DNA of 63,745 bases, counting the filler, from Octopus bimaculoides (taxonomy: Eukaryota): assembly GCF_001194135.2 (NCBI RefSeq). It is 6 parts of 5 records of this genome, joined end to end, with 100 filler letters (N's around TTAATTAATTAA, not from the genome) between each part and the next. Parts side by side here need not be neighbours in the genome. Positions count along the whole stretch, not along the records: positions 16,733 to 29,228 come from NC_068988.1; positions 29,329 to 34,140 come from NC_068994.1; positions 34,241 to 43,049 come from NW_026369670.1; 3 more parts are not named here. One strand, 5' to 3'. The notes under the pieces are model-generated. The model ran no database searches, was not told the DNA's origin, and saw nothing but the letters and a program-made list of their open reading frames with translations. Shown one piece after another: positions 26,242-39,319 of the stretch; the first letter of the stretch is position 1; every line of letters starts with the position of its first letter. Position numbers and translations under genes: made by a program.

Positions 26242-29200
26242 CATGCGTGTGTGTGTGTGTGTATACATGTTTTGAAGTTGCTATTTGTGTAATAGTATAT
26301 TAGAACTCGTAATAGTACTTAGTGACCTTCCGTAACAACTCACCAATACTAATCCACTAAAACCTCTACACACGTTCTGTAATTGTACAAACAATGACGA
26401 TAATGACGATAATGCACTAGAAAGCAACTTCAAAGCTAAATAGTTTGCTTATTGCTTCACCGTCAACACAAATTTAACATCAAGATCCTCTATCAGTTTA
26501 ACAGCTAATTCATTTAAAATTAGATTTTATCAACATATACAGACTCTTCGCCGTCGAAGCTTTTGGGGAATTTAATATCGAACAAAGCATCATTTGATAT
26601 AAGACAGAAAATACTTTTATTCGCAAAACCATTTACGACCTTCAGAATACCTTGCCATCTTTGCACCCCTGAGTTTTTTGAAATTATGCTTTCCATGACT
26701 TCCCAGCCACATGGTTCCGAGCTCAATCCCACTGCGTAGCACGTTGGAGAAGTGTCTTCAAGTATAGCCTGAGACCGACATACCGACCGGTGTTGGTATG
26801 GTTAAGGCTGTAATCTAATGACTTAAACACCTAACAGGTAAGAGATGAACCAATCAAGATCTCCAAAATATTCTCACCTTATTTCTCAACATTTGCCGAA
26901 ATAGAATAAATGAAAATTTATTAAGCATTTCTTCCGTTTAGATATAAATCTCTTTAGATGTGCAATAAAATATCATTGAAAGTAATTATACTAATAATAA
27001 TTTTAGTGAGGTCTTTTTGATTATTTGTTTTTTCCGTGTGGATATTTGGACTCACTTAGGAACCCCCATTTATGCTGAAGAACTTTATCAGCAACAGAAA
27101 ATGTGTCATTAATATTCTTGTGTATTTTGGAACAAGGCCAGCAGTTTTGAGGGGATGGGGCGAATCGATTACATCGACCCCTAAAAAACTTAATTGAGTT
27201 CGCATTTTGGAATAAGGTTAGCAATTTCGGAGGAGGGGTTTAGTCGATTACATCGACCCCGAAATGATGAAAAGCAAAACCGACCTCGGCGGAATTTGAA
27301 CTCAAAACATAAAGATAGACGAAATGCTGCTAAGCGCTTTGTCAAACGTGCTAATGACTCTACCAACTCACCGACTGAAATGCAGTATTAATAATTCTGT
27401 AATAAATGTCTGTATTTGATAAACATAGACGCTGTAAATGTTCTGTCTCTTTGTACTTCAACCAATTAGTGGCATTTGATTTTATTGTACCATAGTATTT
27501 CATTCTTTTCCATGAAGCAACAAGTCTCACACTTCCACCTTCCACGCTAACAACAATCAATCGAGGCTAGACATATTTCAACATTCATTATAGTAAATTA
27601 CATTTTATGATAATATATATGTTATTATATATCCAAATTATTTTCTAGATAAGATTTTTTGTTGAATATTATAGATAATTTCTGCACGTTTCATATAGTA
27701 ATTTATATTGTATTACATATTTTTGTTTCGTAAAAATTCCACACACATAAATATCACAGGTATAATAGAAAACCATGCTAAACTAATATCAAAACTAAAT
27801 ATTCTTGTTCATATATAATTCTATAGTAATTATACATGTAAACTATACAACTAACACTACTAAAAAATATTACATTTTGATTTCGTCATCATTTTCTTGT
27901 ACGAAATTATTTAAGTAACCTTTTGTCTTTTTCTTGTCAATAGTTTAATTGTTAAAACAATTAAGTTGATTATTCAACAAAGGTAATTTCTGATTTTACA
28001 GTAAATCTTTAAAAAAAAATGTACTTTTTCGAAAATTTTTCTGCTGAGATAATCTCTCCGTTGTATCTTAGTAAATACACCAGAGGGAGCTAGTAGGACA
28101 TATTGATTTTGTTCAAAACATTAACTCGTTTATTAATTTGAAAATGTTTTAATGTTCTAATACATTAACAAAAAGTAGATAATTAACTCAAACAGTTTAA
28201 TTGTTATCAATAGGTATTTACTAAAATTGAACTCGTTTAGAATTCCTTCTACCATTTAAAAATATTAGATTATTTCTTTAATTGAATATCATCCTTATTA
28301 AAGTTTCATTTAATGTTTGTTTTCTTCTTCTAAAACACTAAGAAATGACCCATTGTTTTACGAAAGGAATATTCTGTTTCAACGGAACGTGGCAAAATAT
28401 ACAAAACAAACATAAAAAAGTGGAAATAATATATAATTTACTTTCTCTGTGTCTATATACTACCTTGTATATATGTATGAGTGTGTGTGTGTCAGAGAGA
28501 GAGAGAGAGAGTGAGAGAGAAAGAGANNNNNNNNNNGGGTGAGAGAGAGTGTGTGTGTGTGCTTCCATAAACACGAAAATTTCAAATTCAAATTCAAAAA
28601 GTCTCTGTATAGACGTATTTTAATTATCTATTTTCATCATTAGAACGTCTGCAACGTCAAAATAGTGTTGTAAATTAATTTCCATTTGTAAATATCTTTG
28701 GCTTTAAAAGAAGTTCCAACCCTTCTGGCAATAACATACAGCCGACTGCGTATGAGTACTTGTTCGAGGAGATAAATACCATATTTTGAGCATCTTTACG
28801 CTTGTTTATTGACAGGAAAAAAAGCAAATCTTAAAGAATTAACATCTTAAAGTGAAGTGAATCGGTTGGCTGCCGTTTTATATGGGACATCATCAAAATA
28901 CATTCTGCGTCAATTTATTTGCATTTTACAGGGTTTATTTGTAGATATGAGGTGTATCAAGATTTCACTGCAACATTATTGGGGAAGTACTAACGTATTG
29001 TTTTATCCTCTACTACGAACAAAACATAACAGAAAAGTGGTCCTCTTTTAGGAAATGGAACGCTGTTGATATGACTGGGTATGTCATAAGTGTCTGTATA
29101 TTGTGTTTTTTTGTCATTTTGGTTATAAAATAAACAAATTAATCAACGGAATACAGTGTCTGCAAGTTGATGAGTACCTCATATTCCCCTCCATATTCTC

Positions 29201-29423
29201 ATTGCTATATATATATATATATATATATNNNNNNNNNNNNNNNNNNNNNNNNNNNNNNNNNNNNNNNNNNNNTTAATTAATTAANNNNNNNNNNNNNNNN
29301 NNNNNNNNNNNNNNNNNNNNNNNNNNNNTATGTTTGTCTGTCCTTGTGTCGTCCCTCTATGTTTAAGCCCCTTGTGGGCAATAAAGAAATAGATATGTAT
29401 ATCTCCCTGTGTTTCCCTGTATA

Positions 29424-29424
<1 letters not shown>

Positions 29425-29470
<46 letters not shown>

Positions 29471-29610
29471 CTGTGTGTGAGTCAGTATGTGTGCATTGTA
29501 TATGTGTGCATTGTATATGTGTGTCTGTGGATATATATGCATGTGTTTATATGTACATGTCCCTGAGTTTCTCTGAATATGTGTGGATATGTTTTTGTGC
29601 ATATATGCAT

Positions 29611-29685
<75 letters not shown>

Positions 29686-30205
29686 AGTACGCCAGTGTGT
29701 ATGTATATGTATTTGTGTCTCAATGTGTGCATTTGTGTATCTGTATATGTGCGTATTTAGATATATCTGCGTGTATTTATGTGTATGTATCTCTGTAAAT
29801 GTGTGTGTGTGTTTGAATGTGTTTTTGTACGTGTATGTGTGTTTCTACTTATCTGTCTATATACCAGTTTGTGTGTGTGTGTTTATGCGTCCGTGTGTGT
29901 GTGTGTTTTTATCTGTATGTATCTATCCATTACCGTATATATGTATCAACTATATATATATATATGTTTGCGTTTTTGTATCTGTATGTATATATAAGTG
30001 TATACGTACATGTATTTGTATGTGTCTGTATGTGATTGCGTGTATATATATATATATGTGTGTGTGTCTGTGTATGGGTGTATGTGCTTGTGTGAGTGTA
30101 AGTGTATTTATGCATTTGCATGTGTGTACATGTGTGTATGTGTTCTTCCATGCGTATCTATGTATAAATGCATGCATGTATATTTGTGTGTGTGTGTGTA
30201 TGTGC
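29425..30205. repeat. (TG)n/(TA)n degenerate microsatellite field (similar 33490-33700, 41300-43050)
   Basis: Direct inspection; it produces the CVCV/YIYI pseudo-ORFs. Confidence 0.9.
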
Positions 30206-30559
30206 GCACGCGTTTTTTATTTCTTTATTGAAACCAATTACGCTGACAAAGCACTTGGCTTCCATTCCTAATCGCTGGGCGTTTGTTATTATTATTATTA
30301 TCATTATTATCATCATTATTATTATTATTAATTTAACCTTCGTTTCCTTCGCTTAAATGTAACTGTTTTTCTTTCTTTGTTGTTGTTTAAGACACACGCA
30401 CGCAAGCACGCATTCACGCACACATGCAGACATGCACACTCCTTCACACTAGTGCTTTTGGCAATGTATCCACTTCGTTATTCATCTCTGAAAGGGTCAC
30501 TACAGTCAGCACCAGTAAAATAGTGGGCACTGACTCAACGATAGTCAGTGAGGTGCATG

Positions 30560-30900
30560 AATTGAGAGGGGACACTATCGTCCCGAAATTAACCTCCAAC
30601 CAGAAATAGTAAAAAATTCCGATAGAGATGTACATGGTAGACGGTAGTCATGCTGAGCGCATTCTATATATTGCCCCAACTTCATTCAGTTGAAGAGTGA
30701 TGATCAAACGAGAATTGTGATAGAATGCAGCAGACCTAGGTGCTACACATGCAGCAGCTCCGACCATCAGGGGGTCAATTTTTTGCTGCTGACACTACAA
30801 CCACAGCAACGCAAATGCAACATCTGCAGGGATGCCCCCAACCTGTCACACCGACAGCAGAATCGTTACAGAAATGCAAGGTTAATATAAACTAAAAGCA
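30560..30900 (+). mobile_element. Possible LINE ORF1 remnant with degenerate zinc knuckle
   Basis: IPIEMYMVDGSH...RIVIECSRPRCYTCSSSDH (C-x2-C-x4-H, last Cys missing); frames broken. Confidence 0.35.
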
Positions 30901-31599
30901 TGTCTAAAGAGCCGGCTGATTTGCAATAAAAAAAAGACGATTGTGACACAAACAAAGAAAAACACAATCATGGTCTTGCATCTTTCTTCCATCTTCGGCC
31001 TCTTAGCATCTGACATTTCAACAAACGGCCAGGACGAGGGTGCAGAGTTATTGCAAAGTACCGTTATGGAGAAGAGAAAGAAAAACCAGCATCGGTGACT
31101 CAATGCTGAACGCCGGAAGGTTTGACAAGGCGCTAGAGACTACACCAAGCAACAACCCACCACTGCTATTGTTGCTACTACAACAATTAAATCCTCAGCC
31201 ACGGAGGCGGCGGCGGAGGCGGCGGCNNNNNNNNNNGGCGGAGGCGGAGGCGGAGGCGGAGGCGGAGGCGGAGGCGGAGGCGGCGGCGGCGGCGGCGGCG
31301 GAAAAATATCTTATTCAATTTTAAGTTACACTATAATGGTTAATACAATTTACCCTAGCCGTATTGATTTAAGGCGGTGCTATACGTCTCTGGCCCTTTT
31401 CTTGTCCTGACGGACGAATTCAATATCATCATCACCGTTATCATCAATATCATCATCATCATTATCACAACTATAATTATTATTGTCATCATCATCATCA
31501 TCATCATCATCTTCTACTTCTTCTCTATTATCATAAACCCAACACTTTATATTGTCCCCCTCATTCTTCGCCCTGGTGGCAAAGAAATGAAATCATTAC

Positions 31600-31638
<39 letters not shown>

Positions 31639-32755
31639 TACTACTACTACTACTACTACTATTACTATTATTATTATTATTATTATCATTTTATGTTTGA
31701 CTTTTGTTTTGCATTTGTACAAGTTGGATCCAAGTCTCACCCAGAGACCTCAAGAGACAACAAGTTAGAAGTTCATGTAGGTGTTATGCCTAGGGTACCA
31801 TATATTTGGATTTGTACAGTTTTGTTCAAGTGAATGTTTAAGAAACCATAAGAAAATTATGTTTGCTTTAAAATTTGANNNNNNNNNNNNNNNNNNNNNN
31901 NNNNNNNNNNNNNNNNNNNNNNNNNNNNNNNNNNNNNNNNNNNNNNNNNNNNNNNNNNNNNNNNNNNNNNNNNNNNNNNNNNNNNNNNNNNNNNNNNNNN
32001 NNNNNNNNNNNNNNNNNNNNNNNNNNNNNNNNNNNNNNNNNNNNNNNNNNNNNNNNNNNNNNNNNNNNNNNNNNNNNNNNNNNNNNNNNNNNNNNNNNNN
32101 NNNNNNNNNNNNNNNNNNNNNNNNNNNNNNNNNNNNNNNNNNNNNNNNNNNNNNNNNNNNNNNNNNNNNNNNNNNNNNNNNNNNNNNNNNNNNNNNNNNN
32201 NNNNNNNNNNNNNNNNNNNNNNNNNNNNNNNNNNNNNNNNNNNNNNNNNNNNNNNNNNNNNNNNNNNNNNNNNNNNNNNNNNNNNNNNNNNNNNNNNNNN
32301 NNNNNNNNNNNNNNNNNNNNNNNNNNNNNNNNNNNNNNNNNNNNNNNNNNNNNNNNNNNNNNNNNNNNNNNNNNNNNNNNNNNNNNNNNNNNNNNNNNNN
32401 NNNNNNNNNNNNNNNNNNNNNNNNNNNNNNNNNNNNNNNNNNNNNNNNNNNNNNNNNNNNNNNNNNNNNNNNNNNNNNNNNNNNNNNNNNNNNNNNNNNN
32501 NNNNNNNNNNNNNNNNNNNNNNNNNNNNNNNNNNNNNNNNNNNNNNNNNNNNNNNNNNNNNNNNNNNNNNNNNNNNNNNNNNNNNNNNNNNNNNNNNNNN
32601 NNNNNNNNNNNNNNNNNNNNNNNNNNNNNNNNNNNNNNNNNNNNNNNNNNNNNNNNNNNNNNNNNNNNNNNNNNNNNNNNNNNNNNNNNNNNNNNNNNNN
32701 NNNNNNNNNNNNNNNNNNNNNNNNNNNNNNNNNNNNNNNNNNNNNNNNNNNTTAC

Positions 32756-32794
<39 letters not shown>

Positions 32795-32833
32795 TACTAC
32801 TACTACTATTACTATTATTATTATTTATTATTA

Positions 32834-32886
<53 letters not shown>

Positions 32887-33344
32887 ATTATTATTATATT
32901 CCATTTTTCTTTTGTTTTTCCTGTTTGTATTCCATTTCATTTGCCTGGGTGTTTTTTTTTTTTCAATTTATTCTTTACATTTGTATATTGTTAAAGTACG
33001 TTTTTTTTCTGGGTTATATTTACACTAACCTATTTTTGTACTTTTTTTCTCTTCTATAGAAGTTATGCACAGAGATACACTTACGTTTCATAATTGTCTG
33101 TTTGTACATTTATACATGCATGCACGCATGTGTTTATGTGTTCTGTGACGTGGCGGTGTGTTTGTTTAGGGTGTGTGTGTGCATATATAGCTCTTTTACT
33201 CTTTTACTTGTTTCAGTCATTTGACTGCGGCCATGCTGGAGCACCACCTTTAGTCGAGCAAATCGACCCCGAGACTTATTCTTTGTAAGCCTAGTACTTA
33301 TTCTATCGGTCTCTTTTGCTAGGGGGACAAACACAGACAGACAA

Positions 33345-33403
<59 letters not shown>

Positions 33404-33602
33404 TACGACGAGCTTCTTTCAGTTTCCGTCTACCAAATCCACTCACAAGGCTTTGGTCGGCCCGAGGCTATAGTAAAAGACACTTGCCCATGCATATGGA
33501 TGTATACATGCATGTGTGTGTGTATATATATATATATAAATATGTGTGTGTGACTGTTTGTGCGTGTGTGTGTATGTGTGCCTATATGTATATATCTGTG
33601 TG

Positions 33603-33678
<76 letters not shown>

Positions 33679-34100
33679 CGTGTGTATATATTTGTGTATA
33701 CACGAGAGTAAGTTTCTGAGTGAAAGCAGGCGTAACGTAATACACTCTCAGACTACATAAACACTGTGTGTTCTTGGATAGTCCCCATGTCATTATTTCT
33801 TTTGCGCAATTTTTCATCATTAAATAGATAGGAAAGACACATGTGTGTTATTGTTGCTACTAAAATTACAAGTACACCTAAAAGTAAAAGAATGTACTTT
33901 TAGTTAGAATTACAAAATGCATGCACTTTTAGATCGAGAAGAAAAAAAAAAAGACAGAAATTTTCTGCTTTTAGTACAACTACGAATAGTTTGGATTTTA
34001 GTTATATGTACTAAAGCAAAACTAGGTTGATATTTGGAAACGTGCAAATGTGAGCTTTTTGGTAAGTTTGGCAATGTTAGTGCATATGATGTCTGTGTGT

Positions 34101-34131
<31 letters not shown>

Positions 34132-34240
34132 AATATATATNNNNNNNNNNNNNNNNNNNNNNNNNNNNNNNNNNNNNNNNNNNNTTAATTAATTAANNNN
34201 NNNNNNNNNNNNNNNNNNNNNNNNNNNNNNNNNNNNNNNN

Positions 34241-34900
34241 CCTATGACAATAGGTATTGTTTTCGTCTTCAGATTCCACATTTTACTAATGTATGGCATG
34301 GTAGAAGGCCGTAAGAACTTCTTCATTATCTTCCCTAGACCATTTTTCATTCTTTTTCTTTTGGTTGTTCGGTGATGAGCATGGATGGCCATCTGTTGAA
34401 CTATTCCGGTTGTGGGGTACTTCCAGCTCCTGTGTGTCGGGAAGATTTGAACCAGTAGCAGATTTCTCGTCCCGAATCTGGTTCATCATCCGAGTAAGTG
34501 GTCCTTTATAATTCGGTCGATGACCATTCCGGTTTGCATTTTGTTTTATTAACAGTGAGGCATAACAAGCTTCGACGTTGACGCTAGGGGACGGATCAAT
34601 CTGTTTAGGGTTAATTTTTTGAGACAACACCGTCTCCGAGCTCTCGTGACGTAGCTTCTTAAGGCTAGCAGATCTATATCGAGTACGTGGCCCTCTGTGA
34701 TTCGGTCGACGACCAATCTGGTTTGTAATCTACTTCGTTATCAATGACACATGACGAGCTTTGGCGTTGACATTAGGGGACGGATTTGTCTGTTTAGGGT
34801 CAATTTTTTGAGACAACACCGTCACCGAGTTCTCAGCATGTAAACATTGCTCATAGCGTAGTTTCTTAAGGCTAGCAGATCGGTATTCGTCTGTACTTTT
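34241..34900 (-). mobile_element. Probable 5' end of an R4/Dong-type element, with an about 190-bp tandem duplication in the leader
   Basis: KWSREDNEEVLTAFYHA resembles the R4-type N-terminal KWT.E.N..V...YY motif; units about 34491-34680 and 34681-34880 align. Confidence 0.55.
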
Positions 34901-35719
34901 TTGTTGATAGATTTATCTCCGGGCATAGTGTATTTTTTTTGTTTTTGTTTTTTGTGGCGTTTTAAACTTATGAATGGTTCACTCTGTCTGTGTTTGTTCA
35001 CAAAAGGAAACTAAATAAAGAAGAAAAAGAAAGAGTTTTGTTTTTGCTTCGTTTGTGATACGTGTTTTCGTATGCTTGAGTGTGTCCTGTGAATTTCACG
35101 TAGTTGTGTAAACATTAAGATGCATGTGTAGTTCTATGGGTCTCAAAACGTATATATCATTGTGTAGACGTTCGAGTGTATGCGTAATTATTCAATATAT
35201 GTACTTACTATTTTGTTCCATTTCTTTTTTATAGTTTGTAAACTTTCCGGTGTTGGTTTTGCGTGTGTGATCGCACGTATTTCACTGAGACATCGTGCAT
35301 AGGAGAACCTGTGCTTTGTATGGCAGTAANNNNNNNNNNNNNNNNNNNNNNNNNNNNNNNNNNNNNNNNNNNNNNNNNNNNNNNNNNNNNNNNNNNNNNN
35401 NNNNNNNNNNNNNNNNNNNNNNNNNNNNNNNNNNNNNNNNNNNNNNNNNNNNNNNNNNNNNNNNNNNNNNNNNNNNNNNNNNNNNNNNNNNNNNNNNNNN
35501 NNNNNNNNNNNNNNNNNNNNNNNNNNNNNNNNNNNNNNNNNNNNNNNNNNNNNNNNNNNNNNNNNNNNNNNNNNNNNNNNNNNNNNNNNNNNNNNNNNNN
35601 NNNNNNNNNNNNNNNNNNNNNNNNNNNNNNNNNNNNNNNNNNNNNNNNNNNNNNNNNNNNNNNNNNNNNNNNNNNNNNNNNNNNNNNNNNNNNNNNNNNN
35701 NNNNNNNNNGTATTTAAAA

Positions 35720-36410
35720 AAAAATTGATAAATGAATAAATTCATGAATGGATGTTGTTTTCACAGCGATAATGCTCTTCTCAGTACATGAGCCGTTCCA
35801 GTTAACACGATTTTTTGCACTTTCTGTAGGGATGGTAAGCCTGGTATCATTTTCAAATAGGTTTCAGTACCTTATTTTATCATTCCTAGAGATCCTACAA
35901 TCACTGGTACGGTAGTCGCCTTTGAGGTGCCACATTTTTTCAATTTCTATTAGCAAGTCTTTATATTTACTGATCTTGTCAAATTCTTTCGCCGCGATAT
36001 TGTGATCGCAAGGAATACTCATGTCAATTAATAAACATCTTTTTTTGTCTAATCTTTTATAATAATATCCGGTCTATTAGCTTTTATAGTTTTGTCGGTA
36101 TGTACGGGGAAGTCCCAGAGAATCGACACATTTTCTCCCTCAGTCACAGTTCAGGTTGGTGTTTATACCATTTGTCAGTCCGATTGTGGAGGAGGTAAGT
36201 AATACCATTTGCCATCCAGTGAGGAGTTTTTTCTGGGTCATTCATAATACTATTAATAGTATTACTAACATTTTGTGTGCGGACGAGAGTGATGAGAGCC
36301 AGAAATTTGGTACTCTATCAATACCAGGGGATTTCCACTTATGAGCCTTCGTTAGTGCCCTCCTTAGCTCTGCGATTGAGTTGTCTTCCCATACCTGTTC
36401 TTGTAGATTT
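35720..36410 (-). mobile_element. R4/Dong-clade element, internally deleted (pre-RT region fused to RLE domain)
   Basis: ELRRALTKAHKWKSPGIDRVPNFWL...WMANGITYLL joined at about 36190 to DKWYKHQP..EGENVSILWDFPVHTDKTIKANRPDIII...LLIDMSIPCDHN...TGTAHVLRRALSL*, stop at 35763-35761. Confidence 0.8.
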
Positions 36411-36540
36411 TTATAGGCATCTTGGTTGCGTTTGATCCAGTCTGCATTTTAATTGTATGGTTTTTCATCACTCCAGATCCCTTTCCAAAAGTTTTCAACT
36501 TCTTCCATTAGGGCTGGATTTTCAATGGTTATTATTATTA

Positions 36541-36800
36541 TTATTATTCAGGTCCCTGCCTGGAATAGAACTGAGAATCTTGGGGTTAGTAGCCCATGCT
36601 CTTAACCACTACGTCACATGCCCTGGCGTAGTGGTTAAGAGAGCGGGGTACTAACCCCAAGATTCCCAGTTCGATTCCAGGCAGTGACCTGAATAGTAAT
36701 AATAATAACAACAACAACAACACCGATAAATACCTTAGGAATGAGAACACAGGTTCGAAATTTCTCCAAGACACCTGATGAAGGCTGGAGGGTATATCAG
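36541..36800. repeat. Back-to-back tRNA-like palindrome followed by a truncated hammerhead 5' half
   Basis: Arms 36541-36613 and 36627-36700, about 85% complementary; A box 36624-36634, B box GTTCGATTCC 36669-36678; CTGATGA-AGGCTG...CAG at 36775-36800. Confidence 0.7.
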
Positions 36801-37519
36801 AGAACTTTAAGTGTAAGGGTTAAATTACTAGAAGTTCGTGTACTTATTAAAGTTTAATGGTTGCTCTGTTAGCCTTATCGAAAATGCCGATTAAACAAAC
36901 ATGGCGTTTGATTATGCATTGTATCACAGTGGACCCCCCCTCCCATGAAATATGTACAGATTCAGCATTATATGGGTGTTTGCTGCTTTATATATACTCT
37001 TCAAGATAATATCAATGCAGTTCCCTTGTGACGTTTGCAGTCGAGTGCATGTAAAGGTTGGATAGACGTGGAACTAATCCGGGATTGAATCGAGACTATC
37101 TGAGCCAGACAAGAAATGGTAACCAGGAAAGTACGTAATCTATTTCATCACCCGAATACGGCAGATGATGAATATGGTACTTACTGAACAAAGCGTTCAA
37201 CAAATGTGGAATATTTACGGAACTGATGAAAAGTTTATTTATATGCCCAGTCGTCGTAAGAAAGAAAAACCTTTATTTTAAGGTAAACAATTTTTTACTG
37301 AAGATAATACTGTACTCGTCTCCCAGTGTAGAAGTTGGTGTCACATCAAATGAGTGAAGCAGCCCTGCCGGTATTTCAGCCCCTTCCATCTCAACTGCAG
37401 AGCTGCACAGGTGTACCCAATGATATAGACGACAAAACTCCAGCATAGTACCCGAGTTTTGTAGAGTTAGATTCTGCGACTCTGGGCTAGATGTTTTTAC
37501 TATCCTCAACGCTCGTTCT

Positions 37520-37870
37520 TGTATCGTTCGCCCTACCTCTTGAGTTAGATATAAAGGCTTGCTTTTGTAACGGCTTCCAACAATTTTCAGGCACCCTCTT
37601 TCCTCTCTTTAACAACTAGTCCAAGACTACTGAGCATCGAATGAATCCTGGTTCCCATAAATTCTCTAACATCTATCTCTACAGGAAGATATATTGCCTC
37701 TCTTCCATTTCTTTTATAGAAATGCTTGACTGGGGATATCCTCAGAGACATTACAAAAATATTTCTAAAATGTTACTTCTCACATGCTTTGGATGAAACT
37801 ATAAATGACAACTTGTGATGGGAACAGTGGAGTGCTGGAATTCTTGTTGCAGAAGCTGCGAACGACAACG
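37520..37870 (-). mobile_element. HERO/NeSL-like RLE-domain 3' fragment
   Basis: NGREAIYLPVEIDVREFMGTRIHSMLSSLGL...LEAVTKASLYI*LKR resembles PVEVGCRGF...LG...AAE.AS.WIWLKR. Confidence 0.55.
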
Positions 37871-39319
37871 ACCTGTACAAAGAAGGATTTTGGAGAATTT
37901 TAATATGTATATATNNNNNNNNNNNNNNNNNNNNNNNNNNNNNNNNNNNNNNNNNNNNNNNNNNNNNNNNNNNNNNNNNNNNNNNNNNNNNNNNNNNNNN
38001 NNNNNNNNNNNNNNNNNNNNNNNNNNNNNNNNNNNNNNNNNNNNNNNNNNNNNNNNNNNNNNNNNNNNNNNNNNNNNNNNNNNNNNNNNNNNNNNNNNNN
38101 NNNNNNNNNNNNNNNNNNNNNNNNNNNNNNNNNNNNNNNNNNNNNNNNNNNNNNNNNNNNNNNNNNNNNNNNNNNNNNNNNNNNNNNNNNNNNNNNNNNN
38201 NNNNNNNNNNNNNNNNNNNNNNNNNNNNNNNNNNNNNNNNNNNNNNNNNNNNNNNNNNNNNNNNNNNNNNNNNNNNNNNNNNNNNNNNNNNNNNNNNNNN
38301 NNNNNNNNNNNNNNNNNNNNNNNNNNNNNNNNATAGGGTGATAAATTGAATATTAATTCAATTTAAAACCAAATGGCCTAGCATATAAAAAAATCTGAAA
38401 ATTCAGAAAAAATTGTATAACACGTGTATATGGGATGACCACGAGGTGGACATCCAATATGCTAGAAAGAGGTCAGCAACGACCCAACCACAAAGAAAAA
38501 TAATGTTCTCCAGAAAAATTTCGCAAAACACCAGAACAGGACAAAATGAGAAATATCCAGAATAAAGAATTAGCTATGTACTGCAGTTTCGAACATTAAC
38601 GTTTTACTTGCGTAACAACATCACTTCATTCAACTAACTGTTTACTACAAGCTTCTTCGTCACCAGCGTCTACACCAACTTCTCAACGTACACACTAAAC
38701 CACCAACGCTAACATGACTTTCTCCACGCTGTTTGTCAAATGCTTCACCAAGGTTAACAGCGAATACAACCTGCGAGAACTCCTGTACCAAGTAACCGAC
38801 AACAGCGTTAAAGCCTCAACTTCTTACACAACATGTGTCTTTCTTCGGCTCTGCCTTGACGCCACGACTTCTTGGTACAGCACTTCAACCATTAGATACG
38901 AACTGGTATTTCCCATCCTTGTGCCTGGACTTTCTTCTAACGTCCTTATAGACTCTTTTCTATGCTCTGTATTTCTCACATTCACATACACATATTTGTA
39001 TACACACACACTCTTTGTTTACATGACTGACGGCTTTTCTAATATTGTGTTTTAATATGTCGCACTCACACACACATGGACATTCAAGTTGACAACCAAT
39101 AAAACCTTACTTTTATACCTTTTTACCGGTTGTGTCTCTCTTTTTCTTATTTGCCCTTAACTTATTTTAACTCCATTTCATTTTTGTTTTTATATTTGTG
39201 CCGACCGTGCGATGCGCTAAAGGAGCCATTCCTTCGTCACCATCTCCTGGTCGCGCGGTCGTTATACTCCATATGGGAAAATTGTGATAGTATAGCTCCA
39301 GCTGCAAGTGGGGAGTTGT

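Noticed and set aside
29030-29228. Further hammerhead at about 29040-29070
   Set aside because: The downstream sequence resembles the PLE terminal-repeat family, but the catalytic core is too degenerate to call.
31690-31878. 3' end of a TAA-targeting element next to (ATT)n
   Set aside because: Plausible, but it is cut by a gap and no coding motif is visible to classify it.
36624-36695. Functional tRNA gene
   Set aside because: No convincing acceptor stem, an atypical ACT anticodon without a Ser variable arm, and part of a palindromic repeat; treated as tRNA-derived.
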